Part shown: positions 17,480 to 27,383 of the stretch, piece after piece
Position numbering within the stretch: the first letter of the stretch is position 1
Layout of the letters: every line of letters begins with the position of its first letter
NCBI GenBank assembly: GCA_963835065.1
Contig: CAWIEK010000049.1
Location: 416,001 to 480,000 of the forward strand
DNA from: an uncultured Chthonomonadaceae bacterium
Lineage (GTDB): Bacteria > Armatimonadota > Chthonomonadetes > Chthonomonadales > Chthonomonadaceae
Reading direction: 5' to 3'
DNA: 64,000 nt
Notes under the pieces: generated by a model
Databases searched by the model: none
What the model saw: the letters and a program-made list of their open reading frames with translations, nothing else
What the model was told of the DNA's origin: nothing
Program-made: the position numbers and the translations under genes

Positions 17480-18625
17480 GTGCAGGCGAATGAAGCGATT
17501 AACACCCTCATTCTACCCGCATCCCGGCGCACTCGTCAACACTCGACGGAGGTTTGCGCTATGTTCTACTCCAAAAAAGCCAAAGCCACTTTGGACCGCA
17601 TCAAGTATTTCCAGACGAAGAAACAGGAAGGCTACGCCCGACGGCAAAAACTGCTTGCACCAGACAGACTACCGACAAGCACACCTGATGCTGTCGCACA
17701 AGCGCACATTGACCAGCGCGGTATTTACTTTGAAAACAGGATTCTTTTTTGGGAATGGTTTATCCAAACGGAAATCCACTTTGATCTGGAAACTGGAACG
17801 TTCACCTGTCCTATCGTTACTCCCCTTTTGGTACATGCTTGCGCGAACGCGGGGGAAATTCTACACATGTCTTATGCAGAGTATCGCGCCTACCGGCAAA
17901 TCGTGGAGGCTCCGCCGCACCATACATTGGCGAAGAAGTTTAACAGAGCGATGAAAGCGGCAATGGATGCCTCCGATGCCGCCAGTGAGCAACTCGTCTT
18001 TCAACAGATGTACGCAATAACCGAAGCCCTGTCTAAGCAGCACCCAGCATACAAGCCGACGCATGAAATCGAACATGACGCCTTAACTGGATGGATTGCG
18101 TCTCAAAAGGAACGATGGCATGTTCCGAGAGTAAACCGCCAACGCCCCGCGAACTTGGAAGCCGAAGTCCTGGAAGAAATGCGGAGCAGTGTCTTCCAGA
18201 TGCAACCGCGCGATCTACCTTTCTTTCCTGTCGCATTTGGTGAACCTTCCTTTATCAACCTGCCTACTCTTGTACGTGGAAGTGTGGCGAAGACTAACCA
18301 ATCAGACGAAGATAAGTGGAAAGATCATAATCCCGCGACACAGGCAAAATTGCGCGAAATGACAGAGCCGGCAGATGAAACGGAAGAAGTTCGGCTCCGT
18401 ATCGGGAACCGTCAAGCGTTTGAGGCTTTGCGGCCTCACGCGAGACTTAATCGGCGTGAGAATGAGTACTTTACCTGTTTGCTGGAAAACCCGGAACTCT
18501 ACTTCAATTCTTATGGCGGCAATCTGGCCGTGTCTAAGCGGTTGGGATGGACACCTGAGAATGTGCGCCGGGTGAAAAGTGATTGCCTTGCCAAACTCAC
18601 TGCCGCCGCGCAAAAGCATCCGTAG
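17480..18625 (+). CDS. Hypothetical protein with C-terminal sigma-region-4-like HTH
   Basis: C-terminus LNRRENEYF...AVSKRLGWTPENVRRVKSDCLAKL resembles a sigma r4 HTH. Start may instead be ATG 17561. Confidence 0.5.
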   Translation: MQANEAINTLILPASRRTRQHSTEVCAMFYSKKAKATLDRIKYFQTKKQEGYARRQKLLAPDRLPTSTPDAVAQAHIDQRGIYFENRILFWEWFIQTEIHFDLETGTFTCPIVTPLLVHACANAGEILHMSYAEYRAYRQIVEAPPHHTLAKKFNRAMKAAMDASDAASEQLVFQQMYAITEALSKQHPAYKPTHEIEHDALTGWIASQKERWHVPRVNRQRPANLEAEVLEEMRSSVFQMQPRDLPFFPVAFGEPSFINLPTLVRGSVAKTNQSDEDKWKDHNPATQAKLREMTEPADETEEVRLRIGNRQAFEALRPHARLNRRENEYFTCLLENPELYFNSYGGNLAVSKRLGWTPENVRRVKSDCLAKLTAAAQKHP

Positions 18626-18712
18626 CCGCAACAAACTTTTCCAAATATTTTTTCAGAAAGTTCTCACACTTGCCCCCTCCTCGCCGCCTACTGGTGAAGG
18701 AGGGATTTTTTT

Positions 18713-18913
18713 ATGCCAGCTATGCTACCGACACGCCGACTGGTTTGCATTTACGAGGGCAATCTTATCGGCCAGATGCAGCTTCTCGCAACTTCTTGCG
18801 ACCCGGAACTTATTACCATCGCCATGCAGAAGATGTTGCCCCATACGAACAGGCCAATGCGCAGGCCGCGAACCCGCAAACGCCGAGGCAAAGAAAATGG
18901 CCGGAATTGTTGA
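18713..18913 (+). CDS. Small hypothetical protein
   Basis: Strong SD AAGGAGG before the ATG; basic C-terminus. Confidence 0.45.
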   Translation: MPAMLPTRRLVCIYEGNLIGQMQLLATSCDPELITIAMQKMLPHTNRPMRRPRTRKRRGKENGRNC

Positions 18914-18989
18914 CAGCAATTCCGGCCAAGCAGAACGGACACAAACACGAGACAAACGGCCTTTGGACAAAGGCAAATTGAGGTGAACC

Positions 18990-19610
18990 ATGAACATTAT
19001 GACTGACAAGTGTGCCCTTGTCAACACGCCCCCGACCCGCAATATACGGCGGGACATTACCACTCCTCCGACGCACGTAGCGAAACCGGAAAGCGTCATT
19101 TTGCAGGCTTCTGCCGCCCATATCGAAACGGCGCGCGTCCTTGCGGGTATGCGTACATCGCTGCACGACGGACGGCGCAAGCCGCATGAAGATTTAGGCG
19201 CGGATGCCAACCGTGAGGCCGATTATGTGGGACTTCTCGCCGAATTGACGATCCTGATCGCGCTCATCGGCGCAGGCTTTCGCCCCACCCAATTTACGCT
19301 GTTGGCAAACCCGACGCCAAGCGGTCCCGACTTCGCTCTGAACGGCAAAACCTTCAATGTCAAGGCGTTGCCGATGGGCAAGCGCTTTCTGTGTGTCAAC
19401 GAACGTCAGCGCATCGATCCGCGCCAGCATAGCGATTTTTACTTGCCCATGCAGTTCTTGACGTCAACAACCTTACGCGTATTGAAGCCAATTGAGGCCG
19501 CTGCTGTTGCCACCTGGCCGTTGCGTGAAATGCACAGCGCCTACCGCTCGACAGACATTGCGGCCCTTTCCGCCTTGCACGATTTGAAGGAGGTGGCGCA
19601 ATGCCGGTAA
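18990..19610 (+). CDS. Hypothetical protein (possible PD-(D/E)xK-like fold)
   Basis: GAGG SD; GLLAE...PDF...FNVK pattern; overlaps the next start. Confidence 0.55.
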   Translation: MNIMTDKCALVNTPPTRNIRRDITTPPTHVAKPESVILQASAAHIETARVLAGMRTSLHDGRRKPHEDLGADANREADYVGLLAELTILIALIGAGFRPTQFTLLANPTPSGPDFALNGKTFNVKALPMGKRFLCVNERQRIDPRQHSDFYLPMQFLTSTTLRVLKPIEAAAVATWPLREMHSAYRSTDIAALSALHDLKEVAQCR

Positions 19611-19879
19611 AATTCCCCTTCGGCAAATTCAACGGCGTGGCCGTTGATAACATTCCGTCGTGGTACTTGACGTGGGCACTGAGCAACCTGACTGACCTGG
19701 ACACCGCGCTGCGTGACGACATGCAGCGCGTATTGCAGCAGCGGAAACCAGTACGCAAGCCCGCCCCACAAAAGCCTGTCTCTCGTAAGCCCGTTGGGAA
19801 GCGACAGGGCCAGCCCTCAAAACCAACCCCGGAAGCAATTCAGGCATCCATTCGCTTAATGAAGAAGGGAGGCGCGTAA
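19601..19879 (+). CDS. Small PFGK-motif (DUF3820-like) protein
   Basis: FPFGKFNG...IPSWYLTW motif; AGGAGG SD. Confidence 0.7.
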   Translation: MPVKFPFGKFNGVAVDNIPSWYLTWALSNLTDLDTALRDDMQRVLQQRKPVRKPAPQKPVSRKPVGKRQGQPSKPTPEAIQASIRLMKKGGA

Positions 19880-21544
19880 ATGGCAACCCTCCTTATGGAC
19901 GCCGTGAGCAAGCTGCGCGCTGAACCCGATCCTAATCACCCCGGCGATTTTCTGGCGGACTGCCCGGACTGCTGCCAGCGCGCGCTGCAATTGTGCAAGG
20001 ACGCCGAAAGCAATCTTGCCGCCTACTGCCCGAACTGCGGCAAAGGCGCCGGTCCCAAGTTTCGCAAGATGTTTCCCACAATGCCGTCCCTTCCCAAGCC
20101 CTTACCGCGCTCGACGCCTGACCCGCCACCGGCAGAAGCGGAATTGAACCGAGAACTGGCCGGCCTGCCTACAACCGATATGGGCAATGCCGAGCGACTG
20201 GTGAAACGCTTCGGCGCGGACTTGCGCTTCTGCCATAGTTTCGGAAAGTGGCTGATATGGGACGGCAAGCGCTGGAAGCCCGACGACAGCAGCGCGGCCA
20301 TTCGCCTGGCAAAGCGGACGGTACGCCTGATCCACGCGGAAATTGCCAGCATTGACGTGACGGATACGGACTCGGATAAAGCAATGGTAAAGGCGCTCAC
20401 GGCTCACGCGAAGAAGAGCGAGGCGAAAGAACGGCTGATGGCAATGCTGAAACTGGCGGAAAGCGAGGCGGAAGTTTCTGTCACCAGTGACGCGCTCGAC
20501 GCCGACGAGTGGCTGCTGAATGTCGCCAATGGAACGCTCGACTTGCGCACTGGAACCCTGCACCCGCATGTTCGGGCGGACCTGATTACTAAATGCACTC
20601 CCATCCATTATGCCCCGGTGACGTGTCCCTTGTGGACGAAGTTCTTAACCCGCGTAATCCCCGATGAAGCCGTACGCGACTATGTACAGCGCGCGTGTGG
20701 CTATGCCCTGACAGGGCGCACGTCGGCGCAGTGCGTGTTCTTCTTGTATGGCAACGGCAAGAACGGCAAGTCCGTGTTCACGGGCGTATTAGAACACTTG
20801 CTTGCCGAGTATTGGGGCAAGACGCGGGCAGAAACCTTGATGCAAAAACGCGATCAAGGCAATATCCCTAACGATGTGGCCGCGCTGCGCGGGTTGCGCC
20901 TGTGTACCGTGAGTGAAATCAACAACGGCCAGCGCCTGAACGAAGCCCTGATTAAAGACTTGACCGGCGGCGATACGCTGTCTGCCCGCTTTCTGCATCA
21001 GGAGTTTTTCAACTTCAAACCACAGTTCAAATTGTGGCTATACGGAAACCACAAGCCCGAAGTGAAAGGCACAGACGAAGGTATCTGGCGGCGGCTGCGC
21101 TTGATCCCCTTCAATGTGACCATCAGCGAGGAGGAGAAAGATACGGAACTGCCGGAGAAGCTGCGCGGCGAACTGTCGGGCATTCTTGCCTGGGCGGTAC
21201 GTGGGTGCATGGAGTGGCAGCGCGTGGGACTGGCCGAGCCGGAACCAGTCCGTCAGGCGACGCAAGCCTATCGGCATGAAATGGACAACACCGCGCAATT
21301 TCTGGCAGAGCGCTGCACAGATGCGCCGGACGAATGGGGCTTCTGCGCTGAATTTGGCGGCAATCTGTACGAGGCGTATGAGACGTGGTGCAAGCTAACC
21401 GGCGAACACGCCTGCACCAAACGCGCGTTTGGGGATATGTTGACGAAGAAAGGGTATGCGAAGAAGCGCAACGCCAAAGGGCAGCAGTATACCGGAATCC
21501 GGCTGTTGTCCGAGTCGGAAATGCAGGCAAGCGCCTGTGTATAG
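19880..21544 (+). CDS. Phage/plasmid P4-family primase/SF3 helicase with N-terminal Zn finger
   Basis: CPDC...CPNC; TDMGNAERL, WLIWDGKRW, LNVANGTLDL (D5_N); Walker A GNGKNGKS; IKDLTGGD; GIWRRL. Confidence 0.93.
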   Translation: MATLLMDAVSKLRAEPDPNHPGDFLADCPDCCQRALQLCKDAESNLAAYCPNCGKGAGPKFRKMFPTMPSLPKPLPRSTPDPPPAEAELNRELAGLPTTDMGNAERLVKRFGADLRFCHSFGKWLIWDGKRWKPDDSSAAIRLAKRTVRLIHAEIASIDVTDTDSDKAMVKALTAHAKKSEAKERLMAMLKLAESEAEVSVTSDALDADEWLLNVANGTLDLRTGTLHPHVRADLITKCTPIHYAPVTCPLWTKFLTRVIPDEAVRDYVQRACGYALTGRTSAQCVFFLYGNGKNGKSVFTGVLEHLLAEYWGKTRAETLMQKRDQGNIPNDVAALRGLRLCTVSEINNGQRLNEALIKDLTGGDTLSARFLHQEFFNFKPQFKLWLYGNHKPEVKGTDEGIWRRLRLIPFNVTISEEEKDTELPEKLRGELSGILAWAVRGCMEWQRVGLAEPEPVRQATQAYRHEMDNTAQFLAERCTDAPDEWGFCAEFGGNLYEAYETWCKLTGEHACTKRAFGDMLTKKGYAKKRNAKGQQYTGIRLLSESEMQASACV

Positions 21545-21645
21545 TCAGGGCGTTGTGTATAGTCGTGTATAGTGTGCGGAGGTTTTTTGTTTCAGCGCGT
21601 CTCGTGAAGTGAAAAACATGCACTAACTATACACGACTATACACA
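21536..21645. repeat. Iterons / putative replication origin
   Basis: GTGTATAGT three times forward and twice reversed; perfect 20-bp inverted repeat 21554-21573/21626-21645, right after the helicase gene. Confidence 0.75.
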
Positions 21646-21772
21646 CCCTACACAGAACACCGTTCTTTTGGGCAAAGAGAAGGCAGATGCCGCCCATCTA
21701 CAAAACATACGGACGTGGGTACATCAGGCACTTGAGGCCGAACTGATGCAGGGAGAACAAAGCAAATTTAGT

Positions 21773-22348
21773 TTAGCGGATACGGCGGAAATATGACAGC
21801 TCCCTGTTGAACTCTCGCAGGGTAAGTACTTGCCCGTCCGCGCTGACTTCAAAAGGCCAGGCCGTTGTGTCTCTTTCAATAAACTCCGCTTGTTGCACGG
21901 AAGGAGGGCCAACCAGCAGTTTGTCACCGGAGACATGGTACTCCCTTATTATGGTAGTCATACCTATAGGGGGTACAAACTCCTCTTTGCTTTGGACAGG
22001 TTCTTGGTAGGACAAAGTATGCTCATTAAAAGTGAGCATATTGTCAAAGACAAAGTTACTTTGTGACGTACTTATCCATACACCTATCAATCTATTCTGT
22101 GATGAGTGAGAGCGCATGAAGAACCATACCGAACCAATTCCCAGAACCACCAAGAGGACGCATAGTGGCTTTAGAAAACCTATCGCGCGAATGGTGGTTG
22201 GCTGTGTTGGTCTTTGATCGGGCGTTAGCATTTGCGTAGGAGGCGAGGCCGGAGGCGCGGTGAACACCGTTCGGTACTGGTGTCCGCATTGCGCACAGTG
22301 CGGAGCGTCGAGGGGAGCAGGGGTAGCGCAACGGGGACATTGTTTCAT
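21773..22348 (-). CDS. Zinc-ribbon + TM protein (AT-rich cargo)
   Basis: CPRC...CAQC followed by one TM and a soluble domain. Confidence 0.7.
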   Translation of the reverse strand: MKQCPRCATPAPLDAPHCAQCGHQYRTVFTAPPASPPTQMLTPDQRPTQPTTIRAIGFLKPLCVLLVVLGIGSVWFFMRSHSSQNRLIGVWISTSQSNFVFDNMLTFNEHTLSYQEPVQSKEEFVPPIGMTTIIREYHVSGDKLLVGPPSVQQAEFIERDTTAWPFEVSADGQVLTLREFNRELSYFRRIR

Positions 22349-22512
22349 GGTTTGCTTCTCCTGATGGGACTAAAAGGGCTTCACCAGATGCTCAAGCCTG
22401 TCTGTAATTGGGTTGGTGGTTCAGATTTCATAAAAGCAGTATAGCACAGGCGTCAAGCCCGACAAACATATACATGTGTACACAATCTTGTGTACAGAAA
22501 GCAGGTCACCGA

Positions 22513-22872
22513 ATGGCAGAATACCCCGTTTTTGATGCCGCAGGCTTCCGGCGTTTTGTGGAGCAGGATGGCCCCATCATCCACGACGCCATTCACAACC
22601 TGAACAATGTGGGCGAACAGCTGCAGGCCGCGCTGCAAGCCGCGCCCGCGTTGCTGGAAGGACGAACGCCACAAACGGCGAACCGGTGTGCCGACTATTT
22701 GCAGCAGATCGCCGTGACGTTGGCAGCGATCCAGCACGGATTGCTTGTTCTTGACCGCGACTTGGGCAGCATCGGCCTGGGTGTCAATCACGCGGCATTG
22801 GGACTGAGAAGCGAAGCCTTGCAAGCGGCACAGGCGCAACTACGACAACCGAAAGGACGGAGGACACGCTAA
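22513..22872 (+). CDS. Helical hypothetical protein, coupled to the following gene
   Basis: ATG 22513; TAATG stop/start overlap with 22872. Confidence 0.6.
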   Translation: MAEYPVFDAAGFRRFVEQDGPIIHDAIHNLNNVGEQLQAALQAAPALLEGRTPQTANRCADYLQQIAVTLAAIQHGLLVLDRDLGSIGLGVNHAALGLRSEALQAAQAQLRQPKGRRTR

Positions 22873-25142
22873 TGGCAGGCGAGAAAACCATGTTAGGCGT
22901 GGATGTGAATGTCGCGGCTCCCAACGCGCGGGAGTTGTTCGGCGACTTGCTGCGATGGGTGGAACAACTCAAGCAGGCCGCCAATGTGCAGATCAACATT
23001 GGCGTACCGGGCAATGTGGGCGCGGGAACCGGCGCGGGCGGCGCGGCGCAGGCGGTACGCAACTCCACGCAGGCCGGCAGTCCGGGCGGCAGTGGGTGGA
23101 GTCCTGCGGGGATGTACACCGGTGCGCCTGCCGCCATGAACAACAGCCAGCGGGCGTATGATGCGGCAAAGGGCGTAGGCTTTCAGGGCAGTTACAACGA
23201 GTGGAAGCAAGCGGAGTTTGAACAGGGGCAGGGACGGCGGCAATCGGCGGCGGAGCGCGAAAACGAACGTCGGCAGCAGCAGGCAGACTGGGCGCACGAC
23301 AACGGGATCAAGCGCCAGCAGGCGGATGAAGCGTGGCTGCTTAGAGACCGGGATCGTGGTCTCAAGCAAATGGACGCCGACTATGCGTGGCTGGACAAGC
23401 AGGACGCGGTTGCCGCCAAAGCCCGCGTTCCCTTCTCGGACGGACTTGGCAACCGGATGCGGCAGGGCTTCAATGTCCTCAACCCGATGGCCGCCAACAA
23501 CGACCTATACACGCGCGGCCAGCAGCGGTATGCTGCGCAAGCGGTGGTTGGACTCGCTACGCACACTATCGGAGGTGAACTGTCGCTGTATGCCAACAAC
23601 ACGGCCACTGGCGATTACAACCCCATGCAGGCGGCAGGACTGGCCGGCGCCGCCGCCGGTGGCTTTCTCGGACTGGCGGCAGGTGCGATAATCGGCTCCG
23701 TTGCGCCGGTTCCACAGCCAGGACTCGGCGCACTCATTGGGATGCAGGGCGGCATGACGACCGGAAGCGCGTATGCGCAGTCTGTCATGGCTCCCTTTAT
23801 GCGGACGCACAGTATGGCGCTGACGCTCTCGTCGATTGCCGCGCGCGAAGGCCGCAATGTCTACGACATGATCGGCGGGCATCACCACCGGATCGACACG
23901 CAGACCAGCGGATTGCAGCATCTGTCCGAAGAAATCAGTTTTCACGGCAAGACTGACCGTGAAATCTTAGGGATTAAGGCAGGACTCTACACCGGCACGG
24001 ACATTATCAGTGGGCCACAACTGGCGCAAACGTATGCCACGCTTGGCAGTGGCCTGCTGGCGGCGGGCAACGATCCGCGCCGCGCCTACGATTTATCGGC
24101 GAACTTAGCACGAAAGTACGGGCAGGCTGCGCCGCAGATGGCGACAATGGCGGCAGGCGTGATTGCGCAGACCGCGAAGTGGGGTGATAATCGGGGCGAC
24201 CTGATGCTGGCAACAGGACCGGAAGCCTTTGGGGCGTATGCGGACGCGACGGGCAAACCCGACTTCACGAAAGAACAACTGCAAGGCTATGGCGACGTGC
24301 AGCGCGCCGACTACCAGATGCAGGTAGCGGAGACAAACCCGCGCGGGCGGGGACAGGCCAAGCAAATCGTGTACGACGCGAAACTGAAAGCCCTGACGCC
24401 CTTTGGAACGGACACGTTGGCGTATCGGCAGGCGCAACAAGGCCGACGGCAAGCGGTATTGCAGGGCTACGAGGAACGCGACATTACCGCCTACGATATT
24501 CCGATGGCGGGACTGGAAGCCGAAGAACGCATCCATCAGGCCTTACCCTATCAGCCGGGCTACAACTATGGCGCGGCTTTAGAGCGCATGGGACTGCGGG
24601 CGAACCAGTTGAACACCGTCGGCAAGCGGTATCAATCCCTCATGGCAAAGGGACAGCTAAGCGAAGAAGAACAGAAGGCCACGTACAGCCAGTACCAGGG
24701 GATGCGGGTCGCGCAGGCGCAGGACGTGGCGGTTCTGGCGGAAGGCGGCGAAGACCGGGCGATGCTCCTCGCGGCAGGACGGGGTAACAGCCATAACCGC
24801 TACGACAGCGAACAGCAGGCGTCTATGGCGGTCTTCAACATCGGCCACCCAAGAAGAAGTCACGGCGCGATCAATGGGCAGCAACTTGCCATGCAGAACG
24901 CTTTCCTGCACAAGTACGATACGCCCGACTTCGATGCCGCCGGCGCGGCGATGCCGAAGGATAGAATGACAGGGATGGACTCTACGCAGGTCGTGGGCTT
25001 GCTGTCGCGCATTGCCGAAGCCGTCGAAAGCCGGGGCAAAGGCATGGGCAGCAGCGTCAATCCGGGTGAGGCGCGCGGCATGGTGACGGGGGCGCTTGCG
25101 CTCACTGATATTCTTGGTATGCCCCCGAAGAACACGAACTAA
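22872..25142 (+). CDS. 756-aa tape-measure-like or DNA-pilot-like protein
   Basis: Ala/Gly/Gln-rich, coiled-coil stretch, glycine-zipper hydrophobic segment GAAAGGFLGLAAGAIIG, and a C-terminal LLSRIAEAV motif like TMP ends; GGAGG SD. The function is inferred. Confidence 0.55.
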   Translation: MAGEKTMLGVDVNVAAPNARELFGDLLRWVEQLKQAANVQINIGVPGNVGAGTGAGGAAQAVRNSTQAGSPGGSGWSPAGMYTGAPAAMNNSQRAYDAAKGVGFQGSYNEWKQAEFEQGQGRRQSAAERENERRQQQADWAHDNGIKRQQADEAWLLRDRDRGLKQMDADYAWLDKQDAVAAKARVPFSDGLGNRMRQGFNVLNPMAANNDLYTRGQQRYAAQAVVGLATHTIGGELSLYANNTATGDYNPMQAAGLAGAAAGGFLGLAAGAIIGSVAPVPQPGLGALIGMQGGMTTGSAYAQSVMAPFMRTHSMALTLSSIAAREGRNVYDMIGGHHHRIDTQTSGLQHLSEEISFHGKTDREILGIKAGLYTGTDIISGPQLAQTYATLGSGLLAAGNDPRRAYDLSANLARKYGQAAPQMATMAAGVIAQTAKWGDNRGDLMLATGPEAFGAYADATGKPDFTKEQLQGYGDVQRADYQMQVAETNPRGRGQAKQIVYDAKLKALTPFGTDTLAYRQAQQGRRQAVLQGYEERDITAYDIPMAGLEAEERIHQALPYQPGYNYGAALERMGLRANQLNTVGKRYQSLMAKGQLSEEEQKATYSQYQGMRVAQAQDVAVLAEGGEDRAMLLAAGRGNSHNRYDSEQQASMAVFNIGHPRRSHGAINGQQLAMQNAFLHKYDTPDFDAAGAAMPKDRMTGMDSTQVVGLLSRIAEAVESRGKGMGSSVNPGEARGMVTGALALTDILGMPPKNTN

Positions 25143-25417
25143 TGCAGGGGGAAGCGGGAACCTTGCGGGTTTGTGCGCTTCTCCTGCCATTGCTGTAGGA
25201 GCGCGGCAAATTCGGGAGACTCATACGCCAATGCCTGCGTTGCCAGGTGAATATCCCGAATTTCCATCATCTTGAACACAAGGGCGTCGGAGGCTTCGCG
25301 CCCTTGTATCCTACCTTCGGAAGCGTCCTGCGCCAGTTGTTGAAAGTCATCGTAGAGCGCGACCGTCTGTGCCATCAATTGTTCAAACTTCGCTTTCAGT
25401 TCTCGTTCTAAATCCAT
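25139..25417 (-). CDS. Hypothetical helical protein
   Basis: GGAGG SD; 92-aa ORF. Confidence 0.6.
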   Translation of the reverse strand: MDLERELKAKFEQLMAQTVALYDDFQQLAQDASEGRIQGREASDALVFKMMEIRDIHLATQALAYESPEFAALLQQWQEKRTNPQGSRFPLH

Positions 25418-25638
25418 AGCAGCACCTCCGGCTTATGCCAATGTTAGATTTTCGCCCGTCCTGTACAGTCGTATCTTGGCAGGACAGGCAATTTATCGTG
25501 TACTTCTCCCGAGTTTTTGTGCCTTCTGGCACGGTTCGCACGGTTGTCTTTTTCTACACTCCCCGCCGCCACAACGCGCCGGAAACGTCGTATTTCCTCC
25601 CGGCACAACGTTCGGCACAATTTGTGCCAGTTTGGACA

Positions 25639-25944
25639 CTACAACGCTTGACGAAGGGCGCGCAGGGCGGCTTCCACGCGGGCGCGCATAGCGGCGTCGA
25701 GGGTGAGGGCGTCGAGTTGGGGCGTGACCTTGTTCCAAAAGTCGCGCTGTGCGTAGGGGCAGCGGGTGCGCGTGGCCTGGACACTGCCCAGATACTTCAC
25801 GACGCGCTGGCGGGGCTTGCCGTGGACGCGCGTGTTCTGCACCAGCACGGCGGAAAGCGTGTCTTTGCAGCCCTTCTCGCCGTTTGGCGTGGCGGCGCTC
25901 CACGTTTGGCGCGTTCCCTGTCTGTGTTTCCAACGAATGTACAT
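25639..25944 (-). CDS. Small protein resembling the IS1634 transposase N-terminal motif
   Basis: MYIRWK...LVQNTRVHGKPRQRVVKYLG; AAGGAG SD; no DDE domain. Confidence 0.6.
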   Translation of the reverse strand: MYIRWKHRQGTRQTWSAATPNGEKGCKDTLSAVLVQNTRVHGKPRQRVVKYLGSVQATRTRCPYAQRDFWNKVTPQLDALTLDAAMRARVEAALRALRQAL

Positions 25945-26054
25945 GCGGTTTCTCCTTTCTGCTTTGCTACTACGGGCAGGTGGAAAGGAGAGGTAATTGC
26001 CCTGTGAACGGCGTAGAGTCGCGCACAGGGCAACGTGATTCGATTACGGCCTAT

Positions 26055-26414
26055 CTACGCGGCCAGCGTGTCCGCGACGTGGGCCAGCACAAGGGTGCAG
26101 CAGGTGTCACTCGCTACCAGCATCTTGCCGGCCAGCGCGCGCACCTTCGCGGCGAAGTCTTCATTTCCAACATGTGGGGCAGAAACACCGTTTTGTACAG
26201 ATGCAGGGCTTTGCGCCCGCGAACAGTTCACCACGCCGAAGTCCGGGAAGTCTTTGCCAACGGTGAACGGGTTGCCGAAGTAACCATCACAGCGCAGGCG
26301 GTCGTCTCTCCTGCCGACAAAGACGTGATCGCTGTATTCCGGCAACTCCTGCCAGCCGTAGGGCAGGCTGGTGAGGTTTACGACGCGGGTTTGCGGGTTC
26401 GTTGCGGTGTGCAT
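26055..26414 (-). CDS. DUF4326-like protein
   Basis: VFVGR...YFGNPF...LAGKML...C...H pattern; AAGGAG SD. Confidence 0.6.
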   Translation of the reverse strand: MHTATNPQTRVVNLTSLPYGWQELPEYSDHVFVGRRDDRLRCDGYFGNPFTVGKDFPDFGVVNCSRAQSPASVQNGVSAPHVGNEDFAAKVRALAGKMLVASDTCCTLVLAHVADTLAA

Positions 26415-26486
26415 ACTTCTTCTTCTCCTTGTGCAGTGGGGTGTCAGGCCGGGAATGGGTACGGCTCCCGGCAGGCCGTGCGGGTG

Positions 26487-26882
26487 TCAGCGTCGAGTAC
26501 GCTTGTGCGTCATGTGGCGGATAGGTCGGCCTATGAGCGCGTCGGTAGACACAGCGGCTTGCGTGAGCAGGACGGGCGCGGGCGGCGCGTGGTCTACCAG
26601 CAGAGCCGAAGCGTAGTCCAGAAACTCGGCCTGTCGCTCCAGCATCAGCGCGACGGCCTGCTCCTTGTCGTCCGTGTCCGGCTCGGCGGCTCCGACTTCG
26701 ATGAAGGCGTACCCCAGGCGCATGTACAGGCCGTCAAAGAGTGTGTCGTCTTCCACGCGCTTGACGGGCGCGGGCGTGTCTGGCGGTTTGGGCGCGTCGG
26801 GCGTCGGCAGGCAGGGCGCAACCGGATCGTTCCAGTTCGGCTTGGGCGGGCGCGTCGGGCGGGGCAATTGTTTCGTGTGCAT
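26487..26882 (-). CDS. Hypothetical protein
   Basis: AGGAG SD; part of a co-oriented small-gene run. Confidence 0.55.
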   Translation of the reverse strand: MHTKQLPRPTRPPKPNWNDPVAPCLPTPDAPKPPDTPAPVKRVEDDTLFDGLYMRLGYAFIEVGAAEPDTDDKEQAVALMLERQAEFLDYASALLVDHAPPAPVLLTQAAVSTDALIGRPIRHMTHKRTRR

Positions 26883-27002
26883 GGTTCTTCTTCTCCTGTG
26901 TTGGTGGTAGAATGGAACCGGCAGGGCGTCTCACTTCTTGCCGGTTCGCAGGGTGTCGGGCGTAGGGAAGTTTGCCGCTTTCCTATGCCCGCTTTGTGTG
27001 TC

Positions 27003-27302
27003 TTACAGCGGCGGGCGGGCGGCGTCCTGTCGGTTTAGAATGGCTTCGCTGAACGGCAAGTCCAGTTCGTGCGTCATTTCCTGTTCCCAATAGCGCGTCA
27101 GGACTTTCAGGGCGCTTTTCAAGTCCTTGTGGCGCGTGACGAGTTGGCTCTTGCCCTTGTTGCCAATCATCTTTTGGGTTTGGCTGTGCAGGGCGAGCAA
27201 TTCCTGCGTGTGGGTAATGTCGAGCGCGCAGCGGGTTTGCAGGGCGTCCAGCACGTCTTTGACCGTGACGGTGGCAGGTCGGGGTGGCGCTTGCGTTTTC
27301 AT
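27003..27302 (-). CDS. Hypothetical protein
   Basis: Start MKTQ with GGAG upstream; co-oriented run. Confidence 0.5.
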   Translation of the reverse strand: MKTQAPPRPATVTVKDVLDALQTRCALDITHTQELLALHSQTQKMIGNKGKSQLVTRHKDLKSALKVLTRYWEQEMTHELDLPFSEAILNRQDAARPPL

Positions 27303-27383
27303 GTTCCGTATTCTCCGTAGGGTTGGTGTTGTGGCAGGGTAGCGAACTGGATACCCTGCCGGGTTGTCTGGCAATGGTGGCGA

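Noticed and set aside
25749..27038. 429-aa plus-strand ORF
   Set aside because: Shadow of several minus-strand genes that have good SDs; Arg/Gly-rich with no motif.
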